Both the position numbers and the translations under genes were made by a program. The notes beneath the pieces were generated by a model. It saw nothing but the letters and a program-made list of their open reading frames with translations, did no database searches and was not told the DNA's origin. Below, piece after piece: positions 13,490-24,128 of a stretch of 64,000 nucleotides of DNA. Each line of letters opens with the position of its first letter. The first letter of the stretch is position 1. The stretch comes from Octopus vulgaris (Eukaryota), in the NCBI GenBank assembly GCA_951406725.2, contig OX597814.1:126294001-126358000 (forward strand), in the 5' to 3' direction.

Positions 13490-13910
13490 GCTGCTGTTGT
13501 TGTTGTTGTTTAACCCCAGGTCAAACTCGATAGAGCAGGCATATGATCAAAGATATTCCAGCTGTAACCATCCTATTAAATTTACCTCAATTATCCAGTG
13601 TCTCCTTCCTTTCTTTTAATGTGTTACAGTATGTTTTGCAGATTTAGCTGCTTTTTCTACTCGTTCAAGCACCATGTAGAAGATCCTTGTTGACATTTGC
13701 TCCATTATGGTTTTGTGGCTGTTGCTTAGTCCTCACTGAGCACAGATTGAGCAGACCTATGATTAAAAGCATTCCAACCATGTTCATTGTCATTTTTCAG
13801 GTATCACTATGTAATTCTTCATTAACCAGAATATTTTTAAATATCATTTGTTTGAAAATTGAAGGGAAATTTGGCTACTGTTTCTTGTAAATTGAGTAAC
13901 TACATAGAGC
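13490..13910 (-). mobile_element. Two adjacent copies of an old ~190-bp retroposon with (AAC)n tail (family D)
   Basis: Motifs GCTGACCTGGGGTTAAACAAC and GGGAAATTTGGCTACT also occur, in either orientation, at ~1-60, 8170-8350, 10195-10345, 15640-15810, 21420-21610, 28150-28316 and 57490-57685. Confidence 0.6.
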
Positions 13911-16900
13911 TTCCCCCATCACCTTGTCTCAGGTTATATTATTGTTTGTGTTGGTAGGTAAGGAAGATTACAGTCTTCAGTAATTTGCAACTTTGTAATT
14001 TAGGAGACAATTGTGTGCTGTTGTTGCAATCACATACTACAGATGCATAGTGCAAAACTACTATATCATGTACAATACTACAAATATCATTATCTTTGTA
14101 TGTAACTGTGATATATGAATTCACACACATACACACACACACACATGTACAGAGGGAAAGATTGCATTTATTTTATTGCAGCATTGTGCGAGATTCCCTG
14201 ACTAAAGTGTCTGTCTGTAAAGGTTTGCTTTATTATCTAAGATATTTGTTTTCTCTCTCTGTTCATGAAATATCATAAATCATTTCCTGGAATCCAACCT
14301 GGTACAATTGAAAATAACTGAATTGTTGATACCTTGATGATCTATTGGATGGTTAGGAGTTACAATCAAATGTATTCTTTCATTACGTCTGCACTTAGAA
14401 ATTTTTTTAGGTAAGATGAAAACTCTTCTCAATTAGATCTGAAGAAATTTCAGTGACATTTTTCATTTGTTCTGACCACTAGTCAACAATTGAGAAGTGA
14501 TCTGCTTTCTGAACGTCTTGCATGGCTTTGCTGTTTGCTGATATCAGATGTAAGACTGAAGAGATCCTTATGTGGCTAATACTTTAACTGATAGTCATGT
14601 GAAGTAGCAGCTACATTGTTACTGTTTGTATAATACAATTCATTTCAAGATAAATGTCTAATCAAGTGCCATCCGACATTTATGATTAATAGATTCCTCT
14701 TTTTATATGAAATGTATAAAGAAATATTTACTATCTTAATATAAGTCTGGATGTTTTTATTAACAATTTAAAAGTTACATTTTTATGTATCAGATAATTT
14801 TCTGTACATTTTATTATTGTTGTTATTTTTAGTTTTTATTTATTTATTTTTTCCACATTAGCAGAAACTCTGACACACATCTTGATTTGGATAATCAGTG
14901 GTAGAAAACCTTTCTAATTACCAAGTGTGTTTTACTTTTATCTTGTCAGATAAAAGCAGCTCAGACACGTTTTTCCTGAAATTAGTGCCATAAATGTGTT
15001 GAATGTAGATAAGAATCTAACATTGCTGCCAATTCACTCGACAGAATCAAATTGATGGAGAAATAAGATTAAATGTGTAGTGGGATTATCTAACCAGATC
15101 TATAGCTTAGCTAATTTAATGATAAAATATGCTCATATAAGTTTCTCTGTAATTACGATACTTTTTTCTTGGTGTCCAGAACCATCTTTTGAAGCTAGTA
15201 TGTTGACTGAATTCTCTCTAGTGTCAGTAATACAACATTTATTACAACATAAAATGTACAAAAAATGTGAAACAATACAATCTGGCACAGATACAATGTG
15301 GAATCTTTTTAACCATTTCCTTACAAATTGTTCTTAATAAGTTTAATGTTCTAACCCTAAGACATTTTATTGGTAGTACAGTTTACTATATTCTAACAAA
15401 CACAATTAGATATACTCAAACATCCACACACATTACCCCACACATATATACAAATACAGAACATGCAAACAGAAACATACACACACATATATACACATGT
15501 ATGTATTTACTGAAAGACATATGTAAGGAGATATGCTGTGACAGTGAACCACTTTAACAGTTCTGATAATTCAGTTAGTTCAAACTTTACTTTCTTTTGT
15601 GTCTATCGGGGATTATTACTTTGTTTCTTTTTGAGCCAATGAAGAGCTATCTACATAGTTGCCTAATCAGCCAGAAATAGCAGCTAAATTACATTCTAGT
15701 GTTTTAATAAAAGGAAAGTCTTGTTGGATAATACAGTCTTATATACAGAACAGAATGGTTATATTTGGAATGCATTTGAACCATATGTTTGCTCAATCAG
15801 AGCTAGCCTAACAATAATCACACCTGTATTTTCCTTCAAAGACACATTTATAAGCTACAAAAAAATTTTAATATTCACTAACACACACACACACAGGTGT
15901 GCACTCTATCACAGCCTCTGCAGGTGGTGTTGCGACTTCTATTGCAACTTCTCCACTTACTCTGTACCTTCATAGACGTGTGAATTACAAGATCCCTTAC
16001 TTAAAAAAATTGGTAAGGGTTAGCAATAGGAAAGGCATCTAGATGTAAAGCAATGGTTCAATAATATATTCAAGAATGCAAGCATGGAAAAATGTAGATG
16101 TAAAACAAATTAACAACATATAGTATGTTAGTCTGTAAAGTAGACAGTATGTTGGTCTGTAATGAAAAGCATGCATTTGTCCAAGATGGTGTCAGGACAT
16201 GATTATCATTACTGCAGTACTTTCTAAACATGGATTGTGATATTAGAGAAAGCTGATCCCTGCAATATTGCCTAAACCCAAAGTTCATCATACATTCCTA
16301 TGTTAGCTTTTCATCAGATTTGTTGATCAAGCGCAAACAGAGGATGGCGTAGCATTTTTAGGTTTCCAGTTTTGCTTTCCAGTCTTTTACAACATAAGCA
16401 ATTACATTTTCTTTTTTTTTTTTTTGCATCTTCTTCATTATTGGAGATAAATACTTGAAAAATTAGGTTAATTATGATTATTGACAAAAAGATTATTCTA
16501 ACTCACTTTTTCCTTGTTTCTTACATGTTATTTCTTGCCATAGTATTCTGATTAAAGATGAAATTCATGATTTGTAAATATTTGATTAGTTTTTCTTTAC
16601 ATTTTCATTCAACTTGCTGAATCTAATTTATTTTCTAGTCTTATTTCAAATTACAAATCAACAGATTTTTGTTTCAATCCCCAGTTTCTCCTCTAACAGT
16701 TAATTTCAGCTGATGACAGAGTCCATTTATTTTTTACATCTGTTTCTTTTGACTTGCTTCTTTTGTATTTGTTGATTTTTTAATAAGATTTAATGAGATA
16801 TTACAAAGAAAAAACTTTGCTTACAATTCTAATAATGTAGGTCACTAAAAGAATCACTAATCAAAGACAAACTTTTGGCTTGTTCTTGTGTTCTAATAAG

Positions 16901-17186
16901 ATTCACCTAGTCATTCCATTATATGGTGTAATTATAGGCTTTTTATAGTCTAATTGCTTTGAAACATAGCAGTTATGACCTGACAGAGATTCAAGCTTAC
17001 AGTATTTCCATAGATAGAAAATAGATAAAGGTAGATTAAAGTAGGTTGGCATTACTTTTGGTAACTCATTCTCTGATTTCTAAACTAAATGGAAATAATT
17101 AAACATCTTGCAGAGGAGAATATTTCAGCTACGTGGAACATCCTCTCGTTATCTATGTCTTGTTATCACCTAAGATTAGAAATCTG

Positions 17187-17283
17187 TCGGCAATACAGAT
17201 ACTAAAATTGGAATGATACAGAGAAGATTAGCATGGCCCCTGCACAAGGATGACATGAAAATTCATGAAGTGATCCATATTTT
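17187..17283 (+). pseudogene. U6: U6 snRNA retrocopy lacking the first ~9 nt, with intact 3' end
   Basis: TCGGCAATACAGATACTAAAATTGGAATGATACAGAGAAGATTAGCATGGCCCCTGCACAAGGATGACATGAAAATTCATGAAGTGATCCATATTTT matches U6, including the ACAGAGA box and AGC triad. Many differences are CpG to TpG/CpA. Confidence 0.95.
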
Positions 17284-17338
17284 CCAACAGTGGTGTCCCA
17301 GCATGGCCACAGCTTTGAGCTGAAACCGATAAAAGAAT
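17284..17338 (+). mobile_element. Retroposon 3' tail (family C type) fused to the U6 copy
   Basis: GGTGTCCCAGCATGGCCACAGCTTTGAGCTGAAACCGATAAAAGA versus family C tail GGTGCTCCAGCATGGCCACAGTCAAATGACTAAAACAAGTAAAAGA (reverse complement of 23178-23225). Confidence 0.8.
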
Positions 17339-17344
17339 ATATAT

Positions 17345-17905
17345 ATCATCATCATTTAACATCTGGTTTCCTTGCTAACTCTTTTCCTTGGGTTAGATGG
17401 TTTGACTGGAACTGGTAAGTCAGAGAGCTGCACCAGGTTCCAGTCTGACTTTGCATGGTTTCTACAGCTGGATGCCCTTCCTAATGCCAACCACTCCGAA
17501 AGTGTAATGGGTGTTTTTTACATGCCACTGGCACAGGTGCTATTTACATGACACCAGCAACGTCCATGACTACAATTTCACTTACATGACACTGACAACA
17601 GCCACAACTACAATTTCACTTGATTTGATGAGTCTTCTCTAGCACAGCATATCACCAAAGGTCTCAGTCACTTGTCATTGGCTCTGTGAGGCCCAACACT
17701 CAAAGATCATGTTTCACCACCTCATCCCTCACCTCCATGAGGCCCAGCATTCAAAGATCATGCTACTGGCAATGGCCACAACTATGATTTCATGGGTGCC
17801 ATTTACATGATACTGGCAATGGCCATGACTATGATTTCACTTAGCTTGACAAGTCTTCTCAAGCACAGCATATCGCCAAAGGTCCTGATTACTAGTCATC
17901 ACCTC
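17345..17905 (-). mobile_element. RTE LINE 3' UTR with internal tandem repeats
   Basis: Same tail and same ACTATGATTTCACTT/GCCATTTACATGACAC modules as 6262-6800. Confidence 0.75.
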
Positions 17906-17914
17906 TGTACATTC

Positions 17915-18760
17915 CTCACTGTGTCCCTGGGAAGATGCATACATTCCTCTCTGTGTCCTGGGGAAGATCCTCAAGCACTTTCCTCATCTTGCCCATCAGC
18001 TCTACATTGTTGTTGCATGCAGAACAGTTGGTGTCATTCTAAACTACACCACTCTCTTTGAAATCCATGAGATTACAATTGCAGGAATAAGGAGGCCAGA
18101 AATTAGGGCTGGTGAAATTGTAGAAATTCTCTGACATTCACTTCTGACACCTTTCCAAAGTATGGCAAGGAGCCAAATCCTATTGCCACACATATAGCCT
18201 TCCAGCAGCAGCCCACTCCAGCCAGGGATTGGCCACAGTCACCAGCAGCTTCACATAGCCCTATGAAATGAGCTAAGGGTATGTTCAAAGATTGGTGTGA
18301 CATAATGTCACATTCAATGGATATACACTTGAAGACCATCACAATTTGGGGGAACTTAGTTTTCATGATTTATAGGACATCACATGGATTGTAGGCAAGC
18401 CATCTGTTCTTCTGGGTGTTGTGCAACTGATCCCAGCAGTTTTTTCTCATCTTAGAAGAACCAGGTCATTTCCAGCTCAGCAGGATGCCTCAGTTTGTTC
18501 CGGAACTTTGTCAAGTGCTCCTCCTTGTTCTTTGCTGTCAGAATTTGTCCCTGAACACTCTTGTATGTGTGGTAATGAAAGTCCCCATTCAGGGCTAGCT
18601 TCATGGTGGTGACCCCAACACCCATCTCTTGCCACAGCCCAGATTCTCTTGCTCAGATTTTCCATCACCTTGATAGAATTCTGATGTGCAGACACAGAAC
18701 GCCTGCTGTGTTCCTTCATAGTCTCCATTGCAACTATCCTTGTCATGTTTTACAGCCTTT
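17915..18760 (-). pseudogene. Tc1/mariner DD37D (maT-type) transposase remnant
   Basis: Minus strand reads NKLRHPAELEMTWFF*DEK, MKTKFPQIVMVF and GRLYVWQ*DLAPCH...NFWPPYSCNCNLMDF. I count 37 residues between the 2nd and 3rd D. Stops and frameshifts present. Confidence 0.85.
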
Positions 18761-19038
18761 ACAATGTATCATAATACAGTTAATTCTTCTATTCTTTAGA
18801 TGGCTTCACATCAGTTACTTTTTCTCAACTACAACTATTATCATTATGCTCTTCAATACCAATACATCAAGCTGTTCTTGAAAGAAGGAGACATAAAAAC
18901 CTTTAAATTTAGCCTGAACAACATGTATATACATATGTGTGTGTGTGTTTGGGGGTGTGTGTGTTTGGGTGTCATATGCAGCAGAAGCCATATTAGATTA
19001 ATATAAACATATGTGCATCATACCTAATGCAAATACAT

Positions 19039-19272
19039 TGTCAAAAGGCAAATTGACTGTAGTATTTCTCCAGAGATAATATCTGTTGTGGATATACTGT
19101 GTTCAAAAACACAAATATATTAGTAGCAGACAAAAATAGCCAGCAGCTTTGAGAAGAATGCTAGCTGTGTATTTCTACTTCATTGGTATACGTGTGTGCT
19201 CTTAAACACAGTATGTCGATAAGAGATATTATCTCTGGGTGAACACCACAGTTAATTTGCCATTTTGTGACA
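19039..19272. repeat. Foldback element / long imperfect inverted repeat (~110-bp arms)
   Basis: GGCAAATTGACTGTAGTATTTCTCCAGAGATAATATCT pairs with AGATATTATCTCTGGGTGAACACCACAGTTAATTTGCC, and pairing continues inward. Confidence 0.8.
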
Positions 19273-19398
19273 TGATGATACATACATACATACATATATA
19301 TATTTCACTTAGGCATTGCAAGACTAATAACCTAGTATAGAACTCGATATACATATGTTTCAGAACAAAGTGTTAGATGAGTATAGAGCAGTAATAGG

Positions 19399-19494
19399 AA
19401 AGAGATGATACAAGAAAAACAATGGTTATGTTATGAACTTCATTAGCTAATGAAGTTTATAACATAACCATTGTTTTTCTTGTATCATCTCTTT
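19399..19494. repeat. 96-bp near-perfect palindrome with no spacer
   Basis: 48-nt arms centred at 19446/19447 (AG|CT), one mismatch. Confidence 0.95.
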
Positions 19495-19504
19495 TTCTCA
19501 TATT

Positions 19505-19890
19505 CTTTCTTTTATTCTTTTACTTATTTCAGTCATTTGACTGCAGTGAAGCTGGAGCACCACCTTAAAGGGCTTTAGTCAAAGAAATTGTCCCCAGGAC
19601 TTATTCTATGTAGGCCTAGCACTTATTCTATTGGTCTCTTTTGCCAAACTGCTAAGTGACAAGGACATAAACACACCGGCATCAGTTGTCAAGTGATGGT
19701 GGGGGGGACAAGCACATGCACGCACTCAAACATATACGACGGGCTTCTTTCAGTTTCCATCTACCAAATCCACTCACAAGGCTTTGGTCGGCCCAAGGCT
19801 ATGATAGAAGATACTTGCCCAAGGTACCATGTAGTGGAACTGACCCTTGATCCATGTGGTTGGGAAGCAAGCTTCTTACCACACTATAGT
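19505..19890 (-). mobile_element. tRNA-derived SINE, family C (CORE-like GGGCAAGTGTCTTCTACTATAGCC body)
   Basis: Colinear with 23170-23592. tRNA-like head, central microsatellite, stem-loop tail and (AAAAG)-type end. Confidence 0.85.
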
Positions 19891-19949
19891 CATTGGAGGC
19901 AAAAGAGAGCAACTCTAATGTTGTTTGTAGAGTGTCACAGACTGTTGAG

Positions 19950-20960
19950 ATTGATGCAGCTGGTATTTAGCTTCAATATCTGCCTGTGGAAGAACCATGG
20001 CTAGGAAGAGAATTCCAGGGGAATTGCAGTTCTGATTAAATATGTGATAGAGTGTTTAGGATAGGACACAGTAAAGATAATGTGAGGAAAAGAAGAGATA
20101 GATGTGTTCAGTCACCAGCCTGAGGAAATTATGCAGTCACTGGTTTAAATGAGCAAAGACTGTTATAATAGTAGCAGAAGAAAGAGGGAGGAAATAGCAT
20201 ATTAGTGAGCCAATAGTTGAAGTGTGTTGCTGTGTCTTTAGCAATCTTCAGTGAATGGCTTTCTTGTAGATTGTATTTTGTCATTGTGTCCATTCATAGC
20301 CAAGACACTTAACATTTGCTAGCTAAGCAAATTTAGTTATCATTAGATTCCAAACATAGCTACCATTCATCAATGTAAGCAGCACAAGTATCATGAAATT
20401 AATGAATGTTTTGTTAGTTTTCTGTGCCAGTCTCAAGAGTTCTTATGTCTGGAGAAGGCTGCTGGAAACCATGGAAGTATCACTACCACCACCTTATGAG
20501 ATCTTGAAATCATCATCTTTAAGACTTATATTTTCTCATAAGATTTTCAACAGTATAATGTGGAAGAAGTAAACAGCACCAGAAGAGATTGAATGTTGAT
20601 GGGTGTATATGCTTCAGAAATAGCAAAATGGTCAGGAAGCTGGAAATAGCAGAGAAAGGACAGTATGAAGTAATATCACTGATCACTGAAGTGTGTTCAA
20701 ATTATAGAAAAGGTAGACAGAAAATACAGCATACCGGTTGGCCAGAGAGGCTGAAGTATGTTTGTGACTTTACGCTAATCACCCAGGTGATATTTTTCTG
20801 AATGTAGCATAGAGTGTCTGAGTGTGCTGCAGCAGAACCATCCTAGATGTGAGAGCTATACTCTAATATGGGCCTTACTTGAGTTTTGTAGAGGAGACTG
20901 TTTGGTTGGACTGAAGTATCTTTTGGCTTTGATAGAAAGACCCAATCATTAGTATGTGAT
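19950..20960 (-). mobile_element. CR1/Jockey-group LINE ORF2 3' fragments
   Basis: LLYKTQVRPILEYSSHI*DGS at ~20835-20895 and FFCYYYNSLCS...WNSLPS at ~20000-20190 match the post-RT motifs LYK..VRP.LEY.S..W and WNSLP. Confidence 0.65.
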
Positions 20961-22373
20961 CTTAGATATGTTAAGCATGAGCTTTTGTCAGAGAAGATCC
21001 TCAGAGGTTGTGGGGTCCAATACTTGGAGCATTTGTGAAGATTCTGGTTCATTATGCTCCTTATTTAAGGAGATATGGTGTAACGATGAGTAGTGCTTAT
21101 GTTCTCTTGCTGTTGAAAGAGACAATATCGTCATCTCCACTTTGGAGGATGCTTTCAACACCATGTAGAGATTACTGTTGTATCATGACTTATGTGGGCA
21201 GAAATGTATGTTGACATCACAATGTAAGTCAAATATGAACAGCTTGAACAATGTGTAATATTTGAAGTTATTCCACACTTTATTCAGTTTTTAATGAAGA
21301 AAAATGTTATTCTTAAATCAAATTTGACTTTATGGTGACAATGAAGGAGGTAAATGTATGAATGTATTTTCTACTGAGTATTGCGACTAGGAAAAATTGT
21401 GAAAATAATGTGATCGTCTGACATTGTGGTTACTCTACCTCTAAGAATTAACAACCAAATCACATTGCTGTCTTAAAAAGAGAAAAACAGTATCCAAGAG
21501 AATGTAGTTATGGAATAACTTCACCTAAAACAAGACAAAATTATCAGAGCTTGGATACATTAGCTAATGAATTTGTTTGATCAGAGCTGACCTGGGGTTA
21601 AACAACTACTGCCAGAAATGAAACCATGAGTAAACAAGCAGAGAAGAGAGTTCAGAGAATGACTATTTAAACATAGTCCAATGTGTCACCTCTTACAACA
21701 GGAACCAGTCTAGAAATCCTCATCCTCATTATATTATCAGTTATGATTATAACTTTTTAATGTAAGTTTCCCACTATTTGCATCAATTTGACTGGTCTAT
21801 TATATGAATGTATTATCACCATCCTTTTGTCTTTCATTATTTCATCTTCGAGGTGCAGCATCTTCCTTGGTTTTCTCTTATACCAGCAGTTCTCAAAATT
21901 CATTTGTGACATGTCCATACCCATTCCGCTATTTCTCCTCCATATTTAATATTGATACATTTAATACCCATCCACTCCCTCTGCTCATTTATTCTCAACC
22001 TCTCCTGCAAGCTAATACTGTCTATGCAATATATCATACCCAAGTGGTTAGTCTCCAGCCTCTACAGATCTTCTATGTTCAGTGACCAATGTTGCACAAC
22101 CAAGTAGCTTAGACTTTGTATAGAAGATTATGTCATATCTTCACCAAAGCTTTAAGTACAGAGAACAACTCTTTCTTTTTTGCTGACTTTCTGCTAATAA
22201 ATCTCGCCCAATTAACTAATCTGTTAATGGATGTCTCAAAGTATTAATCACAACACAGAATTGGCAGAACCAATGGGACTCTCTGCTACACTATATGTAA
22301 TTAGCAAACTTTTCTCATAATAATTTATCAATTGTCATATTTCTCTCTGCTCTCATTCTCTCAGTCTTTCTTC

Positions 22374-22405
<32 letters not shown>

Positions 22406-23169
22406 TCCCCCCATTCCTTTCACCTCTGTCAGAATATGTGTAAGTGTTAGTGTGTGTACATATGTGTGTGAGAAGGAAAGAGAGATTGGTGAGTTAGTCA
22501 TCATTGGATGTCTCTCAGGATTGTCAGACAATAGTTTATAACAATCTTCAATCAATATGTCTAAATAATAAGAAGCATTTTCTTGTAACCAAGGAAACTG
22601 ATGCTGTGCTTGACTCATACGGCACTGATATTAGGATCCAGGAAATATGGACACTATCTATTTCATTGGTTCATTCTCTTTTCAGCAAATATATCTAAAA
22701 TAAGAAAAGCTACACGAGTTTCCATTGATCCAGACAGACTATGATAATGTCACATTTTGAAACTCTGCAGTTATTTATACCTCACCCAGATTTTGTTGCA
22801 GCCTTCTTGCAGCTGTGTGTTACATACAATATTTTTCAGTTATCAATCAATCTCACTTAAACTGGATTCAGTATACTCATAAATTTACTATTTTTTGATC
22901 CACCACAAACAAAATGTTCTAATTTTAGCCTTCAAGTTTATTACAAATTAGCCTTTTGATTTTTTAAGATAAATATCCATGGTTGATGTATAAATATTTT
23001 CATTGGATTAAAATGCAAGTGTAATGGACAGTACAAGAGATATTTCTTAAAATAGAATATAACAGTTGCTATATGTTTGTTTAAATAACTCATAGCTTTG
23101 GCTGACCTATCTAAAGCAATAAATACAAATCATATTCATGTTCAGATAGTACCCAGATTTTTTTTGTAT

Positions 23170-23385
23170 GCTCTTTACTCTTTTACTTGTTTTAGTCATT
23201 TGACTGTGGCCATGCTGGAGCACCGCCTTTAGTCGAACAAATTGACCCCAGGACTTATTCTTTGTAAGCCTAGTACTTATTCTATCGGTCTTTTTTGCCG
23301 AACCAGTAAGTTACGGGGACGTAAACACACCAGCATCAGTTGTCAAGCAATGTTGGAGGGACAAACATATACACACACGTACATA

Positions 23386-23431
<46 letters not shown>

Positions 23432-23592
23432 TACATATATACAACAGGCTTCTTTCAGTTTCTGTCTACCAAATCCACTCACAAGGCTTTGGTCGGCCTG
23501 AGGCTATAGTAGGAGACGCTTGCCCAAGGTGCCACGCAGTGGGACTGAACCCGGAACCATGTGGTTGGTAAGCAAGCTACTTACCACACTCC
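23170..23592 (-). mobile_element. Family C SINE, full-length and relatively young
   Basis: Head GTGTGGTAAG...GGGTTCAGTCCC (A/B-box-like) on the minus strand, internal (TA)n, retains CpGs. Confidence 0.88.
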
Positions 23593-23617
23593 TATAATAC
23601 TATAGTTTCCTGTAGTA

Positions 23618-24128
23618 TGGCATGACTGTGAATAAGAATCTTGCTTTGCAATCACATGATTTTTGGTTCAGTCCCACTGGGCAGTACCATGGGCAAGTGT
23701 TTTCTACTATAGCCCCACTATATGTTTTATAAGTGAATTTGGTACATGGAAACTGTGAAGAAGCCCATTATGTAAGTGCATGACTTTGTGCTTATGTTTG
23801 TTCGCCCCCTCCCAGTTTGACAACTAGTTGGTTAGTTTATGTTCCTGTAACAGAGCATTTCAGCAAAAAAAGATCCATAGAATAGGTAACATACTTTGAA
23901 AAATATATACAGACTCTTGGAGTGGTTGGTGGTAGGAAGGGCATCCAGCTGTAGAAACATTGCCAGATCAGATTGGAACCTGGTGCAGCTGCTGGCTCTC
24001 CAGACCTCAGTCAAACTATCCAACCCATGCCAGCATGGAAAACAGACATTAAACGACAATGATTTGTTTCAGTGTGCTGCCCCAGCATAGCCACAGTCCA
24101 GTGACTGAAACAAGTAATAGAAGATAGC
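23618..24128 (+). mobile_element. Family C SINE with a nested RTE tail insertion (~23905-24062)
   Basis: Head and body at 23618-23895, then the RTE tail GGTTGGTGGTAGGAAGGGCATCCAGCTGTAGAAAC, then the SINE tail CCCAGCATAGCCACAGTCCAGTGACTGAAACAAGT resumes. Confidence 0.8.

Noticed and set aside
17187-17283. Functional U6 gene
   Set aside because: The 5' stem-loop start is missing, there are multiple CpG-type mutations at conserved positions, no clear upstream TATA box is present and it is fused to a retroposon tail.
20990-21290. Possible mariner-like 3' end
   Set aside because: No catalytic motif or TIR could be confirmed.
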